Shown here piece after piece: positions 1 to 13,806 of a stretch of DNA of 64,000 nucleotides; positions within the stretch are counted from its first letter, which is position 1, and each line of letters begins with the position of its first letter. The stretch covers positions 19,840,001 to 19,904,000 of the forward strand of contig CM022667.1 of the NCBI GenBank assembly GCA_012295275.1. Reading direction: 5' to 3'. The position numbers were made by a program, and so were the translations under genes. The stretch comes from Chrysomallon squamiferum. Taxonomy: Eukaryota; Animalia; Mollusca. The notes below the pieces were generated by a model that searched no databases, was not told the origin of the DNA, and was given only the letters and a program-made list of their open reading frames with translations.

Positions 1-380
1 TACAAACATTTGCATATACATTTGCCAAAAAAAAAAAACCCACAAACGACTCCTTTGATAAAAGATCTTGAAATAACTTTGCAACGGTGAAAAAACAAAC
101 AAATAACAACTAAAAAAACAACAACTAGGAGAGATAAGAACAATAATAGCAACCACGATGTAAAGCGGTCTGTTGTCATAAATATGGCAGTTATTAACTG
201 CCGCAGTGATCGACTAATCGAATGTCTCGTGCATTATTTAGTGACTGGACGCACCAACAGATGACTGGAAATCTTGTAGCGCGCGCTCTTAGTGCGCGCT
301 GCACGTCACAAAGACTTGTAAGAGTTGCCTATGTCTTAATTAAGAATTAAAACCTACTCGAAGACAGGATTTAATACTAC

Positions 381-436
381 CTGAACGGGAAATCGATGCT
401 GTCGACCACAATGCATCGACTGCGAATTAATCCCAT
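381..436 (-). CDS. Candidate first coding exon (MGLIRSRCIVVDSIDFPF) of a gene continuing off the left edge
   Basis: gacATGG start context, CAG|gtagta donor, CpG-rich surroundings, MGxxxS N-terminus. Confidence 0.35.
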
Positions 437-1580
437 GTCGACTTGTTATCTCCAGAATTAACTCGAAAATTTCACATACTAGTTCGTGTGAACGTTCTCG
501 TGGGAAGACTGCGCGTTCTTGATCACTATCGTAATACAAAATTATTTATTTATTTATTTATTGCTTTATTATTATATGCATACTTGTTTCGCTTCTTATT
601 ACCATGTTGTAGTGAAATAAATAATAGATAGAGATGTAGATAGATAGATAGATAGATAGAGAGAGAAGAGAGATAGACCATACTTTGTTAAATACAAAAT
701 TATTTGTTAGTTTACTGTTTGTTAGTACATAAGTTAGTCTTATATACTGTATATTATCTTAATCATTATGTAAAATATGTCCACTTATTTAAGATGGTTA
801 GTATTTCACATTAATATATATAAAGTTCAAACATTGGTTTAATATAAAATACGAACTTGTATTACACTGAATGACTATTTACTGTAAATGCCATGCGTAC
901 TTGTTTACGTTTTCCTGTCATCTATATGTGGTTTGACATTCTTATTTACTTATATTTCTTTTTTATGTTTTTTCTTTCACTTTTCATTAGACACTGTCGA
1001 TGAAATTGTAAATACTTCTGTCTAAATGTCGCGAGACTTTTTGTTCGTTTTTAGCGTTTAAATAATTCAATTAAAAATACATTAACTTGTTAAATATGGA
1101 TACCCTTAATGAATAAAATATAATTTTCACATAAAAGGTATAAGAAAATAATGAACTAGTAAAATCAGTTTACAAAAGCAACGACAGCAACGACAATTTT
1201 ACATATAAGGTATTATTTTTAAAAAAATCATCAAATCAATATCAACACCAGTAACTATCACAACAACAAATACTGTCATATAAAATACAAACATCAACTA
1301 CTACTACAACAAAAACACCAACATTAAAAAAAAAATAACAAGAACTAACCTCAATCACTTACTAAAAGTACACTTAGCTATATTCCTTATAATGCCACTC
1401 ACTGTGTTAAATATCAAGCGTCAAACCATCTACTGGATGGCGAGGAGTTTTCGTGAATTACGTTCGTCGTGTTTAAGTGGACCAATCAGTGGCCACTGCC
1501 AGCAATACTGGTTCGCTCACGAGAGCGCGAGTAACCAGTCGTCAAGACGGACAAAATTTACACACGTTTGACATTAATTG

Positions 1581-1612
<32 letters not shown>

Positions 1613-2779
1613 ACACCAGAACTCGAAGACAAAACGACAAAGCTCCGGAATTTTAATTTTTTTAAAATAATAATGAAACTGCTCGAGATTTTCACCAGCC
1701 AAACAAACAGTTCGTGGGTTGAGAGGCGTAGCTTAAGACACGCAGATGAAAGCAATAATTGAAGAACCAGTGGTTTCAAAAACGAGAAATTATTTATTGG
1801 TCGGGACACCTTGGCAGAAGAAATATTAGATTACAACTGGTCTGAGCGATTACAACAAATTACACACAGACAAATGAAAGGTATTAGTGTGATCGTTCAG
1901 AAGTATTCCAGTTCTCGGAGAGACTGGTCGTGAACACGATGCTAATTGTAGATAAGGAAAACTCATCAAGTTTCAAATCTGTGTTAATGCGTCAATAAAC
2001 AGTTCTAGCAGACGACAGCAGATTTATTTGTTATATTGATTCAACGAACGTGAACAAATCAATAGAATCACAGCCGGCATGCGTCCTCGAAGTCCCTGTG
2101 AAATTTATACTGCATGGATTATTTTCAAATATTAACGATCTGTGAAATAGTCTAAAACTAAATATAATTTATCAAATACTTAAACTCAGCTGTCACAGAA
2201 CTAATTAGTTATTTTATAATTTTCCTCTTCCAAAAAAAACACCAATGGATTTTGTTTTAAATTTATTTATTTATTTAATTTATACAAGAGTTTTTTGACG
2301 TCCTTTAACGGTTAACGAACTTATGAAGTATTTATCATAATTTTTTTATTTAAAAATAATAATTTTTTTTTTCAAGAAATCTGTATTTTTCACATGTACT
2401 TTTAGTGATAATTATCATAAATATTTGGTAAAAAAAAAAAAAAATGTGCCTCTCTATTAAAATAAAAAAAAATTAAAATTAAAAAATAAAATAAAATAAC
2501 AATACACTACACCCAGTAATTAACTTTCTATTATTATTATTATTATTATCATCTCAAAACCACCATTAACTCTTTATACACAGAGATATTTAATTTAATA
2601 ACTTAAATACTGTCTGCAGAAAACAGAATTAGAATGCAGCGTTTAGAAGTTGACGTTCGAGGAATTGGCAGCAGCATCATGTAAATAGTTGTGTTAGGTG
2701 TTAACAAGTTGCTAGAAGATAAAATCTGTTAGTCTACAGCTTTCTGCTGTTTCGTTTTTACACCTGACACAGCAGATTA

Positions 2780-3697
2780 CAAGCAAGTACAACTCGTGTT
2801 TACGTGTGATATATAAATATAGGACCGAGGCAGAAATCGTGTTTATATCTGATACATAGATTATAGATCGTGTTTCCGTCTGATAATAAGGATACAGAAT
2901 CAAGGAACAAGTCATGTTTACAACATATGTATAGATATAGAACCAGGATCCTGTTCGAGTTTACGACTGATATATAGATACAGAATCAGGATATATGTCG
3001 TGTTTACAACAGATATATAGTACAGAATCAGGATACGTCTGATATATAGATATAGAACCAGGATACAAGTCATGTTTACGTCTGATATACAGATACAGAA
3101 CCAGGATACAAGTCATGTTTACGTCTGATATACAGATACAGAACCAGGATACAAGTCATGTTTACGTCTGATATACAGATACATAACCAGGATACAAGTC
3201 ATGTTTACGTCTGATATATAAATACAGAACCAGGATACAAGTCATGTTTACGTCTGATATATAGATACAGAATCAGGATACAAGTCGTGTTTACGTCTGA
3301 TATACAGAACCAGGATACAAGTCGTGTTTACGTCTGATATACAGAACCAGGATACAAGTCGTGTTTACGTATGATATATAAATACAGAATCAGGATACAA
3401 GTCATGTTTACGTCTGATATACAGATACAGAACCAGGATACAAGTCATGTTTACGTCTGATATACAGATACAGAACCAGGATACAAGTCATGGTTACGTA
3501 TGATATATATAAATACAGAATCAGGATACAAGTCATGGTTACGTATGATATACAGATACAGAACCAGGATACAAGTCATGTTTACGTATGATATACAGAT
3601 ACAGAATCAGGATACAAGTCATGTTTACATATGATATACAGATACAGAACCAGGATACAAGTCATGTTTACGTCTGATATATAGATACAGAATCAAG
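2780..3697. repeat. 43-bp minisatellite (tctgatatacagatacagaaccaggatacaagtcatgtttacg), ~15 well-conserved copies plus degenerate left flank
   Basis: Period 43 (tctg at 3081 and 3124); a few units lack 6 bp. Confidence 0.95.
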
Positions 3698-3789
3698 GTA
3701 CAATGTATTTCCTAGTTTTTATATATATATAAAATTGCGTTTCCTTTTACAGACATAAATCATTACGTATTATATTTGGTACATCTATC

Positions 3790-3831
<42 letters not shown>

Positions 3832-4043
3832 CGAAATGGGAGAGCTTCCAATCAGAGAAAGAAACTTAATAAATTTGGTTGATTATATTTAAATCGAACA
3901 AAGTGGTTATTTTATGTTTCATCTGTGTTTACGTATTCAAAATATCTTCCTTTCTCGTATTATTTCTAGACTTATATTTGAGTCTTTGGGGCATACAATC
4001 AGTGAGTTGGCCCCGGGCATCACCAGACCCCTGCACGCCGCTG
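3832..4043 (+). mobile_element. 5'-truncated copy of the MITE at 61388-61629
   Basis: Shares tcagagaaaagaa(a)cttaataaatttggttgatt...gggcatacaat...cccgggcatcaccagac; ends cccctgcacgccgctg. Confidence 0.8.
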
Positions 4044-5108
4044 GTTCTACCGCTTGGACAACAACTGAATTCAGTGCAATGTGGTAGGTAATAAAGTAAA
4101 GTAGTTGTATCAAACTCCGACATCAACAACCTGCGACGTCAACAACCTGCGACGTCAACAACCATCAATCAACATCGGTGCGCTGGAGTGAACGTGGCCC
4201 GCAGGTGCATCTGGTCACGGTGAAAACGTGTTAGTTGTAATGCTTCACATACCGTTGTTGTTGTTGTTGATGACGTCGACGTCGTTCTGTGTTTGGGCAT
4301 TTTGTCAGTGGCCACGTGTATCTCGAGAACATTGTAAACTGCACAATGTTTAAAAATGGAAATGGTGAATTTTTCAAAATAATGACAAACCTGAATTTAT
4401 TTATATTTAATTATTATTATTATTATTATTATTATTATTTTTTTTTTTTTTTTTTTATTTTCCCCCCCTCCCCGGATAATTATAAGAAAAATGTGAAAAA
4501 TATGAAAGTTAAATCACGAACGTGACAGAGATAAATAAAAACGTTGGTAAGACACATAAAACATTCACTGCTATAACACTGTTGATATGAGCGGGTTTCC
4601 TCTCTAATGCAATATACCCATTACCAAAAAATAATAATAATAATAATAAATAAATAAAAAAAGGACACTTAGTAACTCTTAATAATAACGTGGAACAGTC
4701 GTTAGCAAGTGCTTTTTGTAATTAACTGCTTGTTTTTCAAAGCGGATCACGTTTAATGTTGCACTGTGTAAAGTATGCCGTTTCAGCTGACTTTTATTGT
4801 TATGATAAATGAAGGTGACGTATCACCTTATCTAAGCTTACAGAAAAGACAAACGTGTTATGCTAGGGAGTTAGTATTACAGTAGGCGGTAACCAGATAT
4901 GTTGAATTCACCTTTATTAGTTAGTTTTGTGTCAAGTGCAGTTGTTCCTTTCATGTGTATTCAGATAAATAAATAAAACAAAAACAATATTGTTACAGTT
5001 TTTTTTTTTTTTTTTTGGTTAAACATTATTAAGTACACTGTATCGCTTTGTTGTTGTCGTTTACATAATTGTATATGAACTAGGAAAATAATAACACCCA
5101 TGTCAAAA

Positions 5109-5156
<48 letters not shown>

Positions 5157-6862
5157 AGAAATATATTTCGTTATTTATCTATTTATTTATTTATTATCTT
5201 ATTCTTTTTTTTCTCTCTCTTTCCTTTTGCAAATTACTTTTTTTTTTTATTATATAATTAGGAATAAAATAACTATTAAAACATTTATTTGAAATATCAG
5301 TAAACTCTCGTCAGTATAGGTTGAATTACGTTAATTTCCAGAAATACATTTTTTGTTAAAGTGTAATATTATAACGACTGCACAAATATTTAAATATTAT
5401 TTTATACTTAAAAAAAAAAAATATATATAAATTACATTATTATAACAATGTATCACTATCATGTTTTTCTTTGTATAACATTTTATGGTTGTTTTGTTTA
5501 AACCAAGATTCACATTTTTTACGCTTAGTTCTACGTCAAAAATCTGAAACACTTCAAACTAAACGCATATTCTGTAGAGAGTTTATTCTCGCGTTTATTG
5601 CTTTTTCATGTTGTCTAGTAATGCGACTGCGAACAGTTTCTTTGGAAAAGGTCACGAGGTCAAGGCGCCATTTTCCGAGTCATAATCGCAACCACTGATC
5701 GACAGTTAATAGTACCGACCCTGAGTAATCTGACAACGGTTTGAAATCAACAGCAAGCGCGAACATCAAAAGCACGCGTGTAGGAATAAAACTCTAGACT
5801 TGCAAAAAACGAAAAACATGAAGTAGAAAAAAAAAAAAAAAATAATTACACACTCACCTTTCTCTTCGCTCGAACTAACAACAGGGAATGCTATTTCAAG
5901 ACACAGCAAGGTCGATAATTATTTGGATTACACTGACTGTGGGCCTCACTATTCCTCCACTATGATTCACAGTCACAAAGCAAAACAGATCTTGTTATCA
6001 GTACAGTTAGCACTGGAGTGAATAAATTAAAACCTATGTGGCAGTGAAAGACTCTGACATCTGCGCTGTTTGTGTAATCCTCATAGCTTCACTCCCCAGT
6101 CAGGTTACTTCCATACTGATTCGCGTTTGATTCTTAACTATAAGATTTCCTATTTAATGACCGGAACTTCTCCACAAAAAGTCCTTTCAGACCGGACCGA
6201 ACCGGACCGATTTCCAGAGACTTAAAATGGCAAAATGCGGATTGCATTCCATGACATTTAGTAAATGGTAACAGACAGATAGATCTAAAAAAAATTGACT
6301 TTATTTCAGTTATATATTTCATCTGGGTGGAAACATATTTTGCTCGTGTAGTAGGCAAGTATTGTTAATTAATAGCCGTAGCCGAAGTACAAATTATCGA
6401 TTATCAAATAATCTGGATTTTAATTATTCTAATCTTCATAGTGTGTCCGTTTATTTTGTTTTCTCTGTTCACAATAATAACGAGAAGAAGAAGAACAACA
6501 AATTATTGCTATTGTTATTGTTATTATTACTTTGTTTTTGTTATTATCATTATTATTACTGTGTGTGAGTGTGTGTGTGTGTGTATGTGTGTGTGTGTGT
6601 GTGTGTGTGTATGTTGTGTTATGTTATAAGCACTGATCATCTTAGTGTAAAGCTAACAAGATGCCCAAAAATGAATGAACTAAAGTTACAAATGACACAA
6701 CAGTTATTATACCTGCGCGTTTCATTATCTTTCAGCTTTGATTAACTGTACGTGCAACATAATGCTGATAGAACACATGTGCAGACAGTTTTATTATATA
6801 TATCTGTTTTTAACTAAATGTCACTACTAAATGCAATTAGCTAAAGGTACCATGATTTTTAA

Positions 6863-6921
<59 letters not shown>

Positions 6922-7381
6922 TATAAACGTTTATTATGCTTTTCATGTTTTAAATATATTTTAATTATACATTTTAACGATCGATAAATATATATTAATG
7001 ACGTAAACGAAAATATTGATCATATGATTAATAATACAAAATAATAAATATACACCTTTTAAAATATTTAATTTCAGCGATATACTATTCTTAAGGAAAT
7101 AAATGTGTTTATATTCTGAGTACATACTTGTCGTAAAAACGTATTATAATTATTTTACGTCGTTTTGCAAGAAAAAAAGTTTCATTATATCTTTTATGAC
7201 AGTTTTTAAAGTAAGTTGTTTATCATTCTATTTTTACGTGAATTTTTTTGCACTGACTAACTCGGTACAAAGTTGAAGAACGTAAACATGTTGACATACA
7301 AGATGTGTTTTAATATCACACGCCGAATACTAACGTTCAAACAGAAATAAATACAGCAACATTATTAATGCGAAACCTTAC

Positions 7382-7716
7382 AAATATTAACAGAGAATAA
7401 TAATTAATAATAATAAATACATTTATTAATTAATTATAAAAAATAGAAGAAGAAAGAAAGTTAGATGCGTTGTAATTTATAAAATGTTTTTGGGGGTAAC
7501 TTAAATCGTCGAATAACAACAATAACCACAATCACTTATCAATTTAGTTAAAATATACAAAGCTGTTGAGCATAACACTAGATTATAGAGAGATGTCACA
7601 ACTAAATCCATAAAATATATTTGCTTCATTAACTGATTAAGAATTAAAAAAAAGAATCATCGTTTTAGTTTTGATCAGTCTGAATCTGTTAAATATATCT
7701 AGTAATTGTTTAAAAT
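7382..7716 (+). repeat. ~335-bp direct duplication, copy 1
   Basis: Near-identical to 10539-10877. Confidence 0.92.
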
Positions 7717-10538
7717 AACTGTTGTCGTAGATGTAATTGTCATGGTGGTAATGCATCGTTTCGTTCACCTTGGTTACAGTAGAGATGGACAGACGAAGAT
7801 CGGACCAGCTGTACTGGATGACAAAATGAAACTCATTACGTCAGTACACTATAGTGAAGGTATCCATGTACAGACGTATTGTTTTATAAATAACGACTGC
7901 CAAATTAACTCTGAGGATAAAACTTGTACTTCGTATATAAAATATAAAAGATGGAAAAATGTTTCTTTAAGAACGAGATAAAATATATTTGCAAGATAAA
8001 AACACTGGATAATTACAGTGGTTAGTTAATTAATTTGTATAATTACAGATATGCTGCCGACTTAATCAGCTTGTTAATCCCGTCTCAGCTTAACAAAAAG
8101 ATTAAAAAAAGAAAAAGAAAAAGAAAGAAAGAAAGATAATACGTTTGTAAAAAAATGGGAAACGAGAAGCTTACCTGTGTTTTCTGATATCCTCAAACTT
8201 GTTTTTACCTTCCTAATCCTAAAAACTTCGACGATAAACAACAGCAACAGAACGTGGTTAAAATGACAAAATATTCACATTCACGTTTGTTGTTGGTTTC
8301 TTTCTTTCGAATTTTCACTTTCGACAATTAAAAAAAAGAAATGTAAGAAATGTTTGATTTACGAAGCCTGTGAATTCTCAAACTGGCGCGCAGCTGGAGT
8401 TGCTGAACTGTTAGGGCTGTCCTGGGTGTCGTGCTGGGTCGGGAATGCTCGTGTCAGTGTGTGCGAACTGCCACTTTCCAGTCTCATTCAACTCGATGTA
8501 CCTGCTGCTGGTGAACAGGGGGTTTAATTTTAGTATTTTTAGTATTATTTTAGTATTATTTTACAGCTTGTACTTATATCCTATTGACTTATTGTTACCA
8601 GCGGACAGGAATGTTCCATTGTTGTTGCTATTGTGACGCTGACAACAACAAGGTTCGAATGAAACCAGAGAAATGACACGGTTACATCGTGCTGACCTCT
8701 CAAAACTACACTGACCTATTCCGAACCCTTTTTTTTTCGCTTTCCCATGCCGACTACATGAACACTATTGTAACGGTGTTAAGGTGTTTTGAAAACCTTC
8801 CTCGTCAACTGAAATATTATTACTAGCGTTCTAATTAGGCATGTCCTGTTGTCAGTGAAATAATCTGACTCGTCGTTAATGTCGCAGTAAAGTGCAGTCC
8901 CTTGTTGTTGTTGATGTTGTTGTTGTTGTTTTGTTGTTGTTGTTTTATACCTGAACTGACGTTACATACCTGAACAAACTTAACAAATGTTAGAAAGAGA
9001 AGAATAAAACAAAGAAGTAAAATAAAAAAAAAATAAAAAAATTAAGAATAATTGATGTACATATGCATATACCTATACGTATATAAAATAAACATACATA
9101 CATACACACACATATATATTTAGATATTCACAACTTGCTGGTATTCACGAGTCATAAAACGAGACTGAGCTTGTCCTGTTTTATTCATTTTCTGACGTCT
9201 CGACAGCTGCTGTAGCAGTCTGCTGAAGATGATGCATGAATGACACAGGGGAATAGGAAAAAGCGAAGCATTAATTGCGCTTGGCAGAATAAAACAAAAT
9301 GTTAAAATACGCTACTTGTAGCTGTAAACATTTTCAGACACTGTAGCAAAACTGTTAATTTGCACACAAAAAAATAATATTAGTGAAAAGGGGATTTTTT
9401 ATTGAGCTCCTCACTGATGATGCTGCTGATGATGACACTTATTATTATTTTTACTGTTGTTGTTATTATTGTCATTATCTTTATTATTATTATTAATGTT
9501 GTTTTTATTGTTGTTATCATCGTCATCATTACTGCTGCTGTTGTTGTTGTTGTTGTTACTATCTGGTATTAATGTCAAATTGTTCTCTGTAAGACACCGA
9601 GGCTGCACGTGCCTAACACGGAGGCTACCGAGAGGCTACGGAGACTGACTGATAGTCGCAAATACGTTTTCTTTGGAAGTTTAAAATATTCTTCAATGCG
9701 ATCAGTATGTCAAAGGCCGTGTTTAAAACTGTTGCATTTATACAAGTGTATGCACATTTAAAATGAAATACACCCTTACACAAATAAAATACTGCAGCTA
9801 ATTGGATTTTAAAAGTTTCATTAAAGATACTATAATTTTTATAAATGAAAATAAATATGTACAAATGAAATATTCGTTTACAGAAAATGGTGCTTTTCGT
9901 TTCTTCCTTTTTTTTTCTTTTTTTTAAATTTTTTAAATTTTTTTATCTTTTTTTTAACTTTAAATATATATCTATGGAATCCAAACTATGTTTGTCTCAG
10001 TGGAAAATTATTACTCTGCATAGCTTTAGGCAGTAAGTGCTTCTTGACTCAGAATTTTTATTTATTTTTTATTTAGTTACTTTAAAATAATTAATGTCAA
10101 TACTGAAGGGCTTGTTACTGCTAGGTCGATAAGAGTTACTTCCCATGTTTGTATTTCTATTTTTAATTAACTGAAAAAACACATTATTTACGTTTTCAGT
10201 CTAGCGTTAGTCTCTCTGTTTAATTATAAAATAACGAGAGACGAAATGACTGCCGCTATACGCTAAGGGATCTCTCTTTCAGTTTACAAACTGGGATCTT
10301 TTATGTAACGAGAACAGACTTTCATTAACCAGTCCAAATGTACTGGTCGATACGGGAAATATCCTAGAGCCTAATTATAAAAGAAGTTTAATAAACTCAT
10401 TCTCCTTTTATTTCCACCAATAACTTTCTCAATCTTCTGCTGATGTAGCAAATTACATAGATTTATGTCGATTGATGACGCTTCCTCAATTAAAATTGTT
10501 ACGATAATAAATAAATAAATAAATAAAATAAAATAAAT

Positions 10539-10877
10539 AAATATTAACAGAGAATAATAATTAATAATAATAAATACATTAATTAATTAATTTTAAAATA
10601 ACAGAAGAAGAAAGAAAGTTAGATGCGTTGTAATTTATAAAATGTTTTTTGGGGTAACTTAAATCGTCGAATAACAACAATAACCACAATCACTTATCAA
10701 TTTAGTTAAAATATACAAAATCTATTGAAGAGTAACACTAGATCACAGAGAGATGTCACAACTAAATCCATAAAATATATTTGCTCCATTAACTGATTAA
10801 GAATTCAAAAAAAAGAATCATCATTTTAGTTTTGATCAGTCTGAATCTGTTAAATATATCTAGTAATTGTTTAAAAT
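10539..10877 (+). repeat. ~335-bp direct duplication, copy 2
   Basis: Near-identical to 7382-7716, with scattered substitutions and small indels. Confidence 0.92.
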
Positions 10878-11655
10878 GCAGTATATACACAAACCAACTG
10901 ATGTAGTAAATCCCAAGAATTAAGGGTAAAAACTGATTACATTACTTTTGCTACGCTTCAAAAATCTATTATTTAAACAAACAGATGAGTATCTGTCGAA
11001 AAATTTAATTCCAAAGGCGCCGTGTTTATGTTTTTCAAACAGCCGACAATTTAATGTTACAGTTCGATCCGCCTGCTGACAGATATATTATTTATTAATT
11101 TTTATTCATCATTTGGATTTAAAAAAGCTTTATATTCCTCCGGTTATCTGTCGACATTTCCAATCTTAAAGGTTTTAAAAATTGTGTCATCTTTTTTTGA
11201 AAGTTTCATTCATCCAGCCAGTGTCACTGAATGGATTTCAGATAAATGTTCATGTCGCGAATCATGCGTTGAATCGGTTGATGGTGTTATTAAATAACAC
11301 GGTTATTAAAAGTATACAGGAAAAAATGCATCAGCATATATTATAACAAAATATTTTAAAAATTTTATGAAATGCATCTCCCACATAAAGTTTAAACCGT
11401 TCTTAACTATAATATAAATAAATTTCATTTATAAAAGAAAACAACAACAAAAAAACACAAAAAATAATAAAATAAATAAATAAATAAATAAATAACACCT
11501 GTACAAAATAAAACAAAAAATAAGTATGATAAAATAAAACAGTTACTCTAGTTATATTTATAGAAATAAATACAATTATATTTTTAATAACAAACATTTT
11601 GAATGTTTTATTTTAATTTTTCTTATTTTTATTTTCAGGCTGTATTCAGTTTGCC

Positions 11656-11681
11656 ATGAGCCATAAAAGAGGTTCAGAGAG
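11656..11681 (+). CDS. KIFC3: KIFC3-like first coding exon (MSHKRGSE); exon starts 11639
   Basis: ttttcag acceptor, gccATG context, AG|gtaaat donor, phase 2 matches next exon. Confidence 0.6.
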
Positions 11682-13771
11682 GTAAATACATATTTGTGTA
11701 AAACAAGTCAAAATCCATTTTACAGGAAAACATATTCCAGTGTGTTGAATGTTCAGATGTCATATGTCAGTTTTATATCTTCATTTCATTCTAAACTTGT
11801 TCATTATGTGTGTATTTGTGAATATGGATGTGTGTGTGTATGTTTGTGAATATGGATGTGTGTGTGTATGTTTGTGAATATATGACAAAAAAAGATCTGT
11901 ATCAAAGAATTATAGAATAATAAATATAACAAAGAATAATTTTAATAAACTGATTTTAACAAAATTGTGAATATGTTATCAATAAAACTTGCAGTTATAA
12001 AAACAAGAGCTGAGTACTTAAAATTCTAAAATATATTTTTTTATTTCAGTTGTGATGTGGACTTTTGCAGTACACCAAAGAAACTAAAGGTAAGAAATAA
12101 TTACATGTCACAAATAAAAAAAAAAAAAAAATAATAGTTAGAAGAATTATTTTTAAATAATTTCTTATTTTATATTTTATAATTACAGTGAAAATTTCCT
12201 TCAGTTTATATTATATGAATGAATAGACAAAAAAGCAAAAGAAATAAATCTGACAGAATTTTGTATTTCCAATATAATACAGTATAAAACACAACAACAA
12301 CATTCTCATAAATAATAATGAAGGTTATTCCTTATGGTAAGAAAAACTTAGATTAGTTTCAGTAATAAAATAGAGTCGTATAAACTTGTAATTGAAGCTA
12401 GTAATAGAAAGGTAACTTGTGATGTTTATTTCTTATTTGTGGTCACACTTTATAGGTACAAAGATTTCTCACAGCACTATGTCTTAACAGACTATTCATT
12501 ACTGTCTCTTGTTACAGCTTAAGGTGCAGCAAACTCTTTTTCAGAACTTCAAACTTGAAACATGTCTGTTTGCTATGTTGATTGCTTATTAAAGTGTTAT
12601 GGACTCATAAAAGCTGGTTTTCTGGTAGAAAAGAGTTATACAGTTCAGGCACCAAACCATTTATTCGGCAAGTTTGGGACTGGACGTGCTGCGGCTTTCT
12701 GGATTTGCCAGATTTCTAGACACATACTAAATACATACTTCTTTTTTAATCCATTAAAAGTCTTAAGTTACCTAGAGAGAATGTGATCTATAATAAATAG
12801 GATGAAAATTAAATGAAGAAAAGAAAAAACATAATTTTATTTGTACAAATTAATACACTTCTTAAAACACTTAAAATTTCTTACAATTTCATGTGTAATA
12901 TATCAAATGAAAATTAAATAAATAAAATAAAAAACATAATTTAATTTCACAGGTATAATGATTTCTTATCACTTAAATTGTTCAATGTGTACATCACAGA
13001 AACGACTAATGCAGTGTAGTCCCTAAATAATAATAATAACAATAATAATAGTAATAGTAATAGTAATAATAATAATAAATAATTGATGGTTTTCTGGGTT
13101 TTCCAGATTTCCAGATGCTGGATAAATGGTTCGGTACCTGTACCAGCAATCAGTTTGTTTAAAATAAAATAAACTGATTGAATTTATTAATGATTTTTAT
13201 TATTGTTGTTGTTATTAATACATTAATAAATTTATTTTTATTTTTATTCAGCAAGAAAAGCCAGTTTTTCAAACCCCACTGACTTATAACCCAGCTTTAA
13301 ATGATAGCAGTTTTTCATCAACACCTCAAAATGGAGGAATCGCATTGAAAGAACTCAGTTTTGAATCAGGTAGGAATCCAATTGTTTCAGGTTCTATGAA
13401 AAAGAGAGAAAAAAGATAATTTAATCAAAACAGTGACTCAGGCTTTTGATTTATATTGCACTTACAACAGTTGTTAATCTTAGGAATATGGCTTATTTTT
13501 AATAGTTAAGTATTACTGAATATATGGTCATAAATTATATAGATAAAATATTACCTGAGTTATAAGCATGCTACATTATTGCTGTTGTTTGTTGCCTTAT
13601 TGATGAAAATAATTATAAGAATAAAATATTTAAAGATCACATATCTGTACTTGAAACATTGGTATGGGCTATAACAATATTATTACATATTGTCTTATTA
13701 ATTACATTGAAAATACACATACTCACAAAGCACACACACACACACATATATATATTTAAATTTAGTCTCTT

Positions 13772-13806
<35 letters not shown>

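Noticed and set aside
7382-10877. LTR retrotransposon
   Set aside because: No TG...CA termini, PBS/PPT, TSD or gag/pol remnants seen.
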